From: a virus
Virus record (IMG/VR): IMGVR_UViG_3300029959_000812
Coordinates: 1 to 64,000 of that record
Length of the DNA: 64,000 bases
Direction: 5' to 3' (one strand)
The position numbers were made by a program, and so were the translations under genes. The notes beneath the pieces are model-generated. The model had not been told where the DNA came from and ran no database searches. It was given only the letters and a program-made list of their open reading frames with translations. Of this stretch, positions 1 through 8,090 are shown in pieces (position 1 is the stretch's first letter; each line of letters starts with the position of its first letter).

Positions 1-106
1 AGGTGACTAATGGGAATCTACCAGGCATATAGCCAGTGCAATCGTCTATCTTAATATCATAATCATATTCAGCGCCCCATGAAAAGGGGCAATCGATACA
101 TCTCAT
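1..106 (-). CDS. Cys-rich small protein, 5' part only (runs off the window edge); paralog of 62486..62689
   Basis: ATG at 106..104 follows a GAGGGATGA SD-like motif. The first ~35 codons (MRCIDCPFSWGAEYDYDIKIDDCTGYMPGRFP) are DNA-identical to 62584..62689. Confidence 0.6.
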   Translation of the reverse strand, partial: MRCIDCPFSWGAEYDYDIKIDDCTGYMPGRFPLVT

Positions 107-127
107 CGCTTTTCATCCCTCTCTATT
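1..127. repeat. Direct repeat copy 1 (identical to 62584..62710); left end truncated by the window
   Basis: Base-by-base comparison shows identity over 127 nt, then divergence (a vs c at 128/62711). Confidence 0.9.
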
Positions 128-413
128 ATTTAGGTATCAAGTTAAGTTCTTTGTAAAGAGGGCAATACTGGTTGCGCTTTCCGAAGTATACGCCGATTAA
201 TAAGATAGTAATATACAGCGGTATATTCAGTAGAGCTGCCGGATAGTGCATCTCATCATCGAGTTGTGTTACCGCTAACAATTTTCCTGGCGGCTCGTTG
301 TACAATATCCAATAGTGGTTTATCGTGCCCAGGATTGATAGCGGGACAAAGATAATCCCAAAGCCAATCATCAGAGCACATGCAACTCCTAATGCCTTCT
401 TTATCACGTTCAT
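126..413 (-). CDS. Small membrane protein (2-3 TM)
   Basis: 95-aa ORF with long hydrophobic stretches and GAGATGA upstream of the ATG. Confidence 0.6.
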   Translation of the reverse strand: MNVIKKALGVACALMIGFGIIFVPLSILGTINHYWILYNEPPGKLLAVTQLDDEMHYPAALLNIPLYITILLIGVYFGKRNQYCPLYKELNLIPK

Positions 414-432
414 GTTTCATCTCAATTAATTG

Positions 433-591
433 TTAATGTGTCATTGCAATAGCTTGTGCATGTGTTAGACTATCAAGTATTTTATTTAGATATTTACGAT
501 CTTCAACAGACACGCAAATTTTTGAAATATAGTCGCATTTACGTTCAATTTCTTTAATCATTTCTTCTCTTGTCATTGGTGGAATTTCCAT
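433..591 (-). CDS. Hypothetical 52-aa protein
   Basis: Manually translated (MEIPPMTREEMIKEIERKCDY...). GGAGATGA SD lies 5 nt upstream. It packs between neighbouring genes. Confidence 0.45.
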   Translation of the reverse strand: MEIPPMTREEMIKEIERKCDYISKICVSVEDRKYLNKILDSLTHAQAIAMTH

Positions 592-613
592 CTATAATCA
601 TCTCCGTCAATTA

Positions 614-859
614 TTAAGCAAGACCTTTAAGTTCCTTAACGGTCTCGTATTCCCTCATTTTAGTTGTAAGTTCTCCAATTTCCGACTCTAACTTATTTTT
701 CATTTCATAGTACCTGTGGACCTCGTTATTATAATCCTTAATACGCCGGTCGGCAATACGCTTCCAGATAAGGGTTACAATTAATGAGGCAAAGCCACAA
801 CCTACTATAAATCCGCTTCCCCACAAGGTTAATCGTTCCATCGTTCGCATCTCCATCAA
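614..859 (-). CDS. Single-TM protein with a coiled-coil tail
   Basis: 81-aa ORF with the hydrophobic helix LWGSGFIVGCGFASLIVTLIW followed by a charged helix. Confidence 0.6.
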   Translation of the reverse strand: MMEMRTMERLTLWGSGFIVGCGFASLIVTLIWKRIADRRIKDYNNEVHRYYEMKNKLESEIGELTTKMREYETVKELKGLA

Positions 860-862
860 TTG

Positions 863-1057
863 TTAATGTTGCCTCATAATGAATGGCTGGCATTTTCTTG
901 GTGCAAGTCTCATTTCATATGTTAGAAGTTTTTTACCTACCGGCGACTCATTAGGCTTGCCACATTTGTAGCCTTCTAAATGAACATGTACCAAGTTCTG
1001 ACAGTTTTTGCACCTGGTCCGGGTATCCGGCTCAAGATTGATTATTATTGTCGGCAT
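863..1057 (-). CDS. Small zinc-ribbon-like protein
   Basis: 64 aa with CKNC...C..C spacing. AATAGATGGGGATGA lies upstream of the ATG. Confidence 0.55.
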   Translation of the reverse strand: MPTIIINLEPDTRTRCKNCQNLVHVHLEGYKCGKPNESPVGKKLLTYEMRLAPRKCQPFIMRQH

Positions 1058-1070
1058 GATTCATCCCCAT

Positions 1071-1202
1071 CTATTCTTTAAATTCAAACTTATCTTGTAG
1101 TTTAAGCCCAGGATTGCACTCTTCAAATTCTTTTAAAGTCTCTTCGCTTCTAAAATTAGCGAAGAGGATCGTATTGGTGCTTTCAAATGTAGCATGTATC
1201 AT
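1071..1202 (-). CDS. Hypothetical 43-aa protein
   Basis: Manually translated (MIHATFESTNTILFANF...). AATAGATTGGGATGG junction motif lies upstream. Confidence 0.35.
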   Translation of the reverse strand: MIHATFESTNTILFANFRSEETLKEFEECNPGLKLQDKFEFKE

Positions 1203-1314
1203 CGTATTCCATCCCAATCTATTACTGTTTTAACCACTTATCTGCTGAACATTCTCTCAAGTCGCATTTTACAGACTTTTCGTAATTTATATACATGTAA
1301 GAGCGAAGATCGGT

Positions 1315-1449
1315 CTATATGTTCTTTTCACAGCGCCAATATTGATTGCCGCTACAATCTCTGCCAGCGTCCTTACAATGGATACACCAATAACAATTTT
1401 CGCGCACTGGGTTAAATGTTAAAGCTCTGATCAATCCTTTTATACTCAT
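1315..1449 (-). CDS. Cys-rich 44-aa protein
   Basis: Manually translated (…CYWCIHCKDAGRDCSGNQYWRC…). GATGGGATGA lies upstream. Confidence 0.35.
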   Translation of the reverse strand: MSIKGLIRALTFNPVRENCYWCIHCKDAGRDCSGNQYWRCEKNI

Positions 1450-1463
1450 GTCTTTTCATCCCA

Positions 1464-1643
1464 TCAGATTCGCTTCGTACATACCATATCGTTTAATTCG
1501 GTGTTCCTTGCCCAACTAATTGAACAGTAAGATCCAAAGTTACTTTCTATCTTAGCATGTTTGCATCTAACTTTTAATACCGGGCAAAGAGCGACCGATA
1601 TTAACAAGCCACAATGCGGACATGTTTTAGTTGCTTTTCCCAT
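1464..1643 (-). CDS. Cys-rich 59-aa protein
   Basis: Manually translated (MGKATKTCPHCGLL…). AGAGGT SD lies upstream. Confidence 0.45.
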   Translation of the reverse strand: MGKATKTCPHCGLLISVALCPVLKVRCKHAKIESNFGSYCSISWARNTELNDMVCTKRI

Positions 1644-1673
1644 AGTGTAAACCTCTTTATCGTATTAGATTAA

Positions 1674-1916
1674 TCATGCAGGTACTAATTCCTGATATTC
1701 TTTGCAGAGTATGCTGTCTATCAGCCTCTTTAAGTTCTTTACAGATTCCCTTTTGCCGGTCATCATGATATCCTGGTATTTAGCGGTCCCAACTCCGAAA
1801 AATAAACCATCGGATTCGACCCATATTTCAAAACCACGATAATTAATATCTAACATCATTCTCGCCATTGTGTCAGCCTCTTTATCGTTCCATATTCGCA
1901 CGTTAGACTTCTTCAT
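1674..1916 (-). CDS. Hypothetical 80-aa protein
   Basis: ORF track. Its start overlaps the stop of the upstream small ORF. Confidence 0.6.
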   Translation of the reverse strand: MKKSNVRIWNDKEADTMARMMLDINYRGFEIWVESDGLFFGVGTAKYQDIMMTGKRESVKNLKRLIDSILCKEYQELVPA

Positions 1917-2055
1917 CGCTAACCATTAATGTTTCAATCCCATCAATTGTTTTTAGAGCCTTGATGACTTTTTCTCTAATTTTGCTGACTTTAATTACAT
2001 CAGTATCATATGCGATCCTGATTGTGTCGATGTAAATTCCCATGTTCTTTGCCAT
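1903..2055 (-). CDS. Hypothetical 50-aa protein
   Basis: Manually translated (MAKNMGIYIDTIRIAYD…). GAGGAATAGAG lies upstream. The stop overlaps the next start. Confidence 0.35.
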   Translation of the reverse strand: MAKNMGIYIDTIRIAYDTDVIKVSKIREKVIKALKTIDGIETLMVSDEEV

Positions 2056-2087
2056 CTCTATTCCTCGAATCGTGTAATATTCGCACG

Positions 2088-2402
2088 TTATTGATCTTTT
2101 CCGTTTATCATACGGACAACGCCATCAATAAGTTGGTCTTCCTTTGATTTATGGATCAATACAATCGGCACAAACTTGTTACCGTTCTCAATGTTATTTA
2201 ATCCGAGATTGCCTAAGCTTTTTGTTTTCCATAAACCACCATCAATAGCGACCGGGACGCGATACAGATCGGTTTTTTGCGAAGGAGCATATACCATACC
2301 ATGTATCCCAGGACACATTAGGACTCCTTTATATCCGTCATTCTTTGCCGCTTCTAACCACTTGATTATTTCATCAATTGAATATACGAACGTTTCAGTC
2401 AT
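2088..2402 (-). CDS. Hypothetical 104-aa protein
   Basis: ORF track. GAGGGATAGAA lies upstream of the ATG. Confidence 0.65.
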   Translation of the reverse strand: MTETFVYSIDEIIKWLEAAKNDGYKGVLMCPGIHGMVYAPSQKTDLYRVPVAIDGGLWKTKSLGNLGLNNIENGNKFVPIVLIHKSKEDQLIDGVVRMINGKDQ

Positions 2403-2429
2403 TTCTATCCCTCGAATTACCTTAGATTA

Positions 2430-2651
2430 CTACGTTGTAACTTTATTTGCTCGCGCTTCGATTTTATCGCACCACTCTATGACAGCTTCTTCTGCCGCGC
2501 TCTTACGCATCCCGCGTTTCTGACAGGAAGCTAAAGAGACACATTTTCTAAAGCGTTCATCGACTTCTTTGCTAATTGTAATTGTTGCATTTGTCATAAT
2601 TACTCTATTTACTACATTAAGAGTAATTGATATTATAGTTTTCGGTCTCAA
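2430..2651 (-). CDS. Ribbon-helix-helix-like DNA-binding protein (true start possibly ATG at 2597)
   Basis: TITISKEVDERFRK…AAEEAVIEW fits a beta-strand plus two-helix RHH pattern. It is divergent from the serine recombinase gene. Confidence 0.5.
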   Translation of the reverse strand: MRPKTIISITLNVVNRVIMTNATITISKEVDERFRKCVSLASCQKRGMRKSAAEEAVIEWCDKIEARANKVTT

Positions 2652-2720
2652 TTAGTGTACTTAATGATAGGCTGACAATATGACAAGGTATTAATATCAA
2701 GAAAACAACTATTTGAGAGG

Positions 2721-3320
2721 ATGACGGAAAATCTCTTCATTTACTACCGAGTGAGCACGAAGGACCAGGCCGATAAAGGCACCGAAGAGAATCAAGAGAA
2801 AAGCATCAAAGATTTTTTAAAAGAGAAAGACATTAAGATCGTCGAAGAATTTAAAGACCTTGGAATAAGTGGAGCTTCTAACGAGAGGCCTGGCTTTAAT
2901 GCCATGATAGGCCGCATAGATGAAGTCGATGGAATAGCTGTTTATGATCCCGACCGATTATCAAGAGAATATGAGGCCGGATTAAAACTCATGTTCGAGC
3001 TGAAACATAAAGGCAAAAAACTATATTGCTCTCGTACCGGAACAATTACAGACTTTTCAAGCGATGACGATCAGCTTATTCATACTATTAAGACCTGGGT
3101 AAGCGCACAGGAACGTAAGAAGATTAAGGCCCGTCAGGCTGACGGCATTGCTCGTTATATCAAAAATAATGAAAGATGGGGACCAAAACGTAAAGAGATC
3201 AATTGGAAAAAATTTGATGAATATATTGAACACGAAGTATCAATAGCTGCAATTGCCAGGATATTTGAGATAAGCGAAGCTACAATGTGGCGGAGAATAA
3301 AGGAGCGTAATAAAAAGTGA
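2721..3320 (+). CDS. Serine recombinase (resolvase/invertase family) with a C-terminal HTH
   Basis: Catalytic motif IYYRVSTKDQ at the N-terminus, DRLSRE, and C-terminal IAAIARIFEISEATMWRRI. Confidence 0.9.
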   Translation: MTENLFIYYRVSTKDQADKGTEENQEKSIKDFLKEKDIKIVEEFKDLGISGASNERPGFNAMIGRIDEVDGIAVYDPDRLSREYEAGLKLMFELKHKGKKLYCSRTGTITDFSSDDDQLIHTIKTWVSAQERKKIKARQADGIARYIKNNERWGPKRKEINWKKFDEYIEHEVSIAAIARIFEISEATMWRRIKERNKK

Positions 3321-4156
3321 CCGAACAATACATCTATTTCATCCATAATAAAGATCGCGGCCTAATTAAGATTGGGATATCTTATGCTTTAGAAAGAAGA
3401 TTAAACAATCTAAAGCTTATGGAGCATACCGATAATTTAGAAGTACTATTATTACTTCGAGGATTTCCAACGAATACCGAAGCAAAATTACATAATATGT
3501 TTGCAGACCTTCGGGTTCGTGATGAATGGTTCAAAGCAGATGATAGATTAATGGACTTTATTAATCGGGCCAGGCAAGACGGCGAGATTATTGATTTTGG
3601 CAAATCAATGCGGCTTTTCTGCGAGATTGAAGAATCGATAGATAAATTATTTCACAACACCGAATGTAGAAAATACAAAGAGGTTTATACTAAAGCACCA
3701 AAGGATTACCTATCAATAGAAGAAATGGATAAGCTTTTTGAAATAACTAAGATTTACAAAGACTGGTATGAAGAACTTTTGTTTATTTACCATACTGGCT
3801 CAACGGTAAGCGAAATGGTGAATATAACAAAAAATAATATAGATATTGAAACCGGCACAATTCATTTTACGGGTTATAAAGTAAAAGACAGAGATATTCC
3901 AATAGATGAAGAGTTAAAGCCTTTATTGGTTGAAATGTTAAAACGACATGGTAATAAACTATTTGCCTATCGTGCTGCAACTTTCCAGAGTCATTTTAGA
4001 CAATTATCAGCTATAGCCGATCTTGGAAGAGAGATTACCCCAATGACGATTAGATTTACTTATGGTAATAGACTTTTAAAAAAGTATTCTCCAAAAGAAG
4101 TACAGAGAATAATGGGTTATACTAATCTTAATTCCATATCTGATTTATTTGATTAG
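3317..4156 (+). CDS. T5orf172 (GIY-YIG-like) domain fused to a degenerate tyrosine-recombinase-like domain
   Basis: N-terminal YIYFIH…IKIGIS…RRLNNL…EAKLHNMF…DEWF. The C-terminus has integrase-like boxes in which expected catalytic residues are replaced (HTGSTVSEM, TPMTIRFTYG, IMGYTN, …DLFD). GTGA overlaps the recombinase stop. Confidence 0.7.
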   Translation: MTEQYIYFIHNKDRGLIKIGISYALERRLNNLKLMEHTDNLEVLLLLRGFPTNTEAKLHNMFADLRVRDEWFKADDRLMDFINRARQDGEIIDFGKSMRLFCEIEESIDKLFHNTECRKYKEVYTKAPKDYLSIEEMDKLFEITKIYKDWYEELLFIYHTGSTVSEMVNITKNNIDIETGTIHFTGYKVKDRDIPIDEELKPLLVEMLKRHGNKLFAYRAATFQSHFRQLSAIADLGREITPMTIRFTYGNRLLKKYSPKEVQRIMGYTNLNSISDLFD

Positions 4157-4348
4157 AGTTACAACGTCATCAATTTTAGAGATGAATTGTACCAACCGGA
4201 TAAGTTTGGCTTAGATACTACTTTTTAGAGAAAGAGCCAATTATTTATTATTATAATAATCAATTACTGTACACATATGTATTACATTGTAAGCGTTAAG
4301 TATATATGTGTATACTGTGTATAGATTAGTAATACAATATGTTGAAAT

Positions 4349-4546
4349 GTGATGAAGGTACATACAATGCTTGAGGCAATACCGTTGACAAAAGAATACA
4401 AACCAATCAGGACCGGCACAGATACCCATAAGCGCCTTGAGAAGTATGGCAAGGTATCTGACAGCTACGAAGACGCTATAATCCGGCTCATGGACTTTGT
4501 CGATAAGCATTGGGACGAATATCGTAAGAAGATGGAGGCAGATTAA
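4349..4546 (+). CDS. Small RHH/antitoxin-like DNA-binding protein
   Basis: IRTGTDTHKRLEKYGKVSDSYEDAIIRLMDF resembles the archaeal RHH pattern TIRVSxETxxRLxxLKxxGESxDDVIRRLL. Confidence 0.5.
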   Translation: MMKVHTMLEAIPLTKEYKPIRTGTDTHKRLEKYGKVSDSYEDAIIRLMDFVDKHWDEYRKKMEAD

Positions 4547-4776
4547 TGTCTGACGATTACGATGATGCAATAAAAGATTTTAAAATTGCTAAAGTAGAAT
4601 TAGCGGGAGCTTGGCATAGATTACTAATTAGTTTATTGTCATTAATATTTAATTTAAGCGGCATTGTTATTTTACTTTATGGGCTATTCGCTCAAAATTT
4701 GTATATTGAAATTGTTGGGGGATTAATTTGTATATTGTCATATATAGATTATAAATTTAAACAATTAGAGGGCTGA
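4546..4776 (+). CDS. Small membrane protein (2 TM)
   Basis: ORF track. ATGA-type overlap with the upstream stop. Hydrophobic helices. Confidence 0.55.
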   Translation: MSDDYDDAIKDFKIAKVELAGAWHRLLISLLSLIFNLSGIVILLYGLFAQNLYIEIVGGLICILSYIDYKFKQLEG

Positions 4777-4780
4777 TAAA

Positions 4781-5029
4781 ATGTTTAAAGAATTAAAAGT
4801 AGATTATTGGGTATTAATAGCTATAGTATTTTCAACTTCCCTCGGTTTAATCTTTGGTATTCCTATTGGGGTATATGCTGAAAAATATGATATGCCTGCT
4901 TTAAGCAATAATGGTTTGAATATAGCTATGATTATGCTACTTAGTAGTATTGGTATGTTGATTATAATTTATTTAAAAGAAAAATTCGGCTTATTTAAAA
5001 ACGATACATACGACGATAAGACAAATTAA
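4781..5029 (+). CDS. Small membrane protein (2 TM)
   Basis: ORF track. Two long hydrophobic segments. Confidence 0.6.
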   Translation: MFKELKVDYWVLIAIVFSTSLGLIFGIPIGVYAEKYDMPALSNNGLNIAMIMLLSSIGMLIIIYLKEKFGLFKNDTYDDKTN

Positions 5030-5036
5030 AAACGTC

Positions 5037-5061
5037 GGGGCAGCTTCGGGAGAGCTGCCCC
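5037..5061 (+). terminator. Hairpin GGGGCAGCT-TCGGGAG-AGCTGCCCC immediately after the 4781..5029 stop
   Basis: Perfect 9-bp stem read directly from the sequence. No long T-tract follows. Confidence 0.35.
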
Positions 5062-5083
5062 ATAAAACTAATAGGTGATTTAA

Positions 5084-5290
5084 ATGGCATGTGAACTTAG
5101 CAAAATTCCAAAAAAGCAAAGAGAATTCTTTGATATGACAAAATGTCCTGATTGTGGACGAATACAGTCAAACAAAAAAGCTGGGGATTATTGTGATAAT
5201 CCAGATTGCGAAAGCGAAGTAGAGATATGTTGTCATAAAGGAAGTCCTAAAGACGGAATGCTAATGTGGTCTAATCCAAATTGGAGCTAA
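5084..5290 (+). CDS. Zinc-ribbon protein
   Basis: CPDCG…C..PDC…CC motifs. AGGTGA SD lies upstream. Confidence 0.6.
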   Translation: MACELSKIPKKQREFFDMTKCPDCGRIQSNKKAGDYCDNPDCESEVEICCHKGSPKDGMLMWSNPNWS

Positions 5291-5476
5291 ATCACAGAGA
5301 TGTTAACTATAAAACTAAACTATTGCGGTCATAAGCCAGTAATGGCCTATGATGGTGGATAATCTCAGGTCCATCACCTCCAAAGTCCAGCTCCACGGAT
5401 TGACGCGCGATTTAGGGGAAGCCCCTGGACTTCTAATAATACAATGTGAATAATCTAAAAATGAGTTGGTGAAATA

Positions 5477-5770
5477 ATGTCTGAAAATAATTCTAAATCA
5501 AATGTATCGTTTTGGAATAAACCTATAAAAAACATATATCTTAAATGGGTTACTCGCCACTGCGTAGAATTTATATTTTGGGCTATGGGTATAATTATAG
5601 TACTTTCTGTAGCAACGGCTATGGGGAAATCGACTAATACTATCGATTTTAGCAATGAACAAATTTTCGACTTCCTAGGATTAGCTTTAGGATTGATCTG
5701 TATTGCTACAGCGTTTATTCTTGGTAAACAGAATGAAATTCTATCTGAGATTGACATGATAAAGCATTAA
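5477..5770 (+). CDS. Membrane protein (2 TM)
   Basis: ORF track. Hydrophobic helices. GGTGA lies upstream. Confidence 0.55.
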   Translation: MSENNSKSNVSFWNKPIKNIYLKWVTRHCVEFIFWAMGIIIVLSVATAMGKSTNTIDFSNEQIFDFLGLALGLICIATAFILGKQNEILSEIDMIKH

Positions 5771-5794
5771 CGTAAGCATCCGAGAGAATAAACC

Positions 5795-6358
5795 ATGAGC
5801 ATTAACATGAACTATAAATGGGCAATGGCAGACAGCAACACGTTTGACATAGGGCCAATTAGAAAACTTATAGAACGTGAAATGCTCACGGATGAACTAT
5901 GGATAGATCCGTTTGCCAATAAAAACAAGCTGGCAAAAATAACGAACGACATCAACCCGAAGTATGATACAACTTATCATATGGATGCTTTGGACTTTCT
6001 AAAGACATTCAAGGATAACAGTGTATCCGGGGTTTTATACGATCCGCCATACAGCGAACGCCAGATAAACGAATGCTATGAAAGTTTTGGCCTCGATAAG
6101 CATGTTACAAATAGCGGTTACTGGTCGGAACTCCGGGACGAAATATCCCGGATTATCGCTCCCGCAGGTAAATGTATTAGCTGCGGGTGGAATAGCGTTG
6201 GTGTAGGCAGCAACAGGGGATTTAAGAAAACAAACCTTCTGCTTGTTTGTCATGGTGGAATGCACTACGACACAATCGTAACGGTCGAGGTTAAAGTAAA
6301 TGGGTCGTTACTTGATTTGTGTTTTGAAGATGATAATGTAGCTACGGAGTTAATCTAA
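5795..6358 (+). CDS. DNA N6-adenine/N4-cytosine methyltransferase (small phage-type)
   Basis: Motif IV GVLYDPPYS. Size and layout resemble small viral amino-methyltransferases. Confidence 0.7.
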   Translation: MSINMNYKWAMADSNTFDIGPIRKLIEREMLTDELWIDPFANKNKLAKITNDINPKYDTTYHMDALDFLKTFKDNSVSGVLYDPPYSERQINECYESFGLDKHVTNSGYWSELRDEISRIIAPAGKCISCGWNSVGVGSNRGFKKTNLLLVCHGGMHYDTIVTVEVKVNGSLLDLCFEDDNVATELI

Positions 6359-6372
6359 CCGGATGTGGCGAA

Positions 6373-6561
6373 ATGTTGAGTAAAAGATACCAAATAGATT
6401 TTACTTGTATTGAGAAAACAAACGGAGATTTTAATAAATTCTCCAAAGAATTGGTTAAAGCAGCAAAACGGTTAGGAAAAAAACACGGTGTATCAGTCGC
6501 TTATGGCGAGGACTCGTTTATGGTTGATGAAAACAATATTCCGATTACCCGTGCGTATTGA
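6373..6561 (+). CDS. Hypothetical 62-aa protein
   Basis: ORF track only. Confidence 0.45.
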   Translation: MLSKRYQIDFTCIEKTNGDFNKFSKELVKAAKRLGKKHGVSVAYGEDSFMVDENNIPITRAY

Positions 6562-6717
6562 TGCGCTTAGTTAGTAATATAACAGTATTAGAGGAATAAC
6601 ATGCGGACATATAAATTATTATTCTTAAAAGAACGCGCTAGATAGAATTTGCCGAAATTGCGGGTTAAAAGAACGTTATAATTCCGATTGAATCATCCAA
6701 AGGAATGGTGAGCGTAG

Positions 6718-6864
6718 ATGTGTAGGGGTTGTTTGTTCTGGTTCACAGACAAGATAGAAGGTCATACTCAATGTGTACGGGACTTATTTAAAGAATCAAG
6801 CCGCGTCTACTCTTGTGATCAATATGATTTGTATTATGTTAGAGAGATGAAAATGTATCGTTAG
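6718..6864 (+). CDS. Cys-containing 48-aa protein
   Basis: Manually translated (MCRGCLFWFTDKIEGHTQC…). GGTGA SD lies upstream. Confidence 0.3.
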   Translation: MCRGCLFWFTDKIEGHTQCVRDLFKESSRVYSCDQYDLYYVREMKMYR

Positions 6865-6880
6865 AATCTGGAGAGATACG

Positions 6881-7096
6881 ATGGAAATGAATATAGTATA
6901 TGCTGATGACGACGCGAAAAAACAAAAACTGGTAGACTATGTGAAAGAGCATCCTGGAGTGCCTGCTTACCAGATATTAAAAGATTTGTGTCTATGTAAC
7001 AGGGTTTATCATTATCTTTTAAAAGACCTGTTAAGTTCTGGACAAATTACGCTTGTAAAAGGTCAGCGCGGAGCATTATATCATTATTGTAATTAG
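6881..7096 (+). CDS. Winged-helix DNA-binding protein
   Basis: 71 aa. YQILKDL…VYHYLLKDLLSSGQITLVKG fits a wHTH. Confidence 0.55.
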   Translation: MEMNIVYADDDAKKQKLVDYVKEHPGVPAYQILKDLCLCNRVYHYLLKDLLSSGQITLVKGQRGALYHYCN

Positions 7097-7117
7097 GCTA
7101 TATGGAGATATTTATAA

Positions 7118-7459
7118 ATGGATTTTAAAAAAACTCTTGGCATGATGAAGCAGCAGTATAATCGTGGCAGTAGTTGGATAGGTATACTGTTGTCTTTTGG
7201 TATTATAACGGCTAACATTAAATTGTTTGAGGGTTTTATAATGCCTATAATTCCTTCTGGCATTCCTTTTCAGTGGACTTATCCGTTTGCTATTATGTTG
7301 TATGTTTTTGGTTGTTATATTATTGGTATTATCGATGAGCATTGGGGTATTTGGGGCCATGAGAATAATTATGTTTGGGCTAAGTCGGTTTCTCCGATGA
7401 GCCGTGAGATGTTCGATGATATTAAAGACATCAAGGAGATGGTGAAAAATGGTCGGTAG
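7118..7459 (+). CDS. Membrane protein (3 TM)
   Basis: ORF track. Hydrophobic profile. Confidence 0.6.
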   Translation: MDFKKTLGMMKQQYNRGSSWIGILLSFGIITANIKLFEGFIMPIIPSGIPFQWTYPFAIMLYVFGCYIIGIIDEHWGIWGHENNYVWAKSVSPMSREMFDDIKDIKEMVKNGR

Positions 7460-8090
7460 CGTGTATCCTGGCGGGTATATGCGTATGCATAATACCATTA
7501 AAAAATATGAGGGCACTAATTATCTTAACAGTTTTGTTCCGACAAAAAAATGGATAAGGGAAGAGTTGCCTGCGGACTCGTTGGTCCTAGATTATGGTTG
7601 CGGTAACGGCAGTCTCGGAGATACGGGAGAGTTGCTTGTACAATCGTTTGGTTGTTCTCCGAAGTTTTTGAATATTATGGGATTTGACGATTTTGACAAG
7701 TCAAACCCGAAGGCGGTTTATCATGATCAGAGTGAGGTTCACGGGGTTTTTAATTATGTTGTTGCTTCAAACTTGATTGAGCATTATCAGCCTCTTGAAG
7801 TTCGAGAGCTTTTAAACTGGTTTTACACTCACACAACTCACGGACTTTATATTATTATTCCGAATAGCAGTAACCCGTTTTTAAACTTTTGGTGTGATAG
7901 CACTCATGTTCGTCCGTATGATATTCCAGAGTTGTATTATTGGGCGGAGCAGGCCGGGTTTACGGTGAAAAAGGTTGTGCGTAGTGGCTTGCCTAATATT
8001 CGTTGGTATAGCCTATTTTTTAGGCTGGTCTTTGGCAAGTTGTTGTGTTTTAGTCCGTTCGATGATTTTGTGGTAGTATGCAGCAGATAA
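7449..8090 (+). CDS. Class I SAM-dependent methyltransferase
   Basis: Motif I VLDYGCGNGS. Overlaps both neighbours, consistent with an operon. Confidence 0.75.
   Translation: MVGSVYPGGYMRMHNTIKKYEGTNYLNSFVPTKKWIREELPADSLVLDYGCGNGSLGDTGELLVQSFGCSPKFLNIMGFDDFDKSNPKAVYHDQSEVHGVFNYVVASNLIEHYQPLEVRELLNWFYTHTTHGLYIIIPNSSNPFLNFWCDSTHVRPYDIPELYYWAEQAGFTVKKVVRSGLPNIRWYSLFFRLVFGKLLCFSPFDDFVVVCSR

Noticed and set aside
7112-7516. 134-aa minus-strand ORF
   Set aside because: It is antisense to the membrane protein gene 7118..7459 inside a plus-strand operon.
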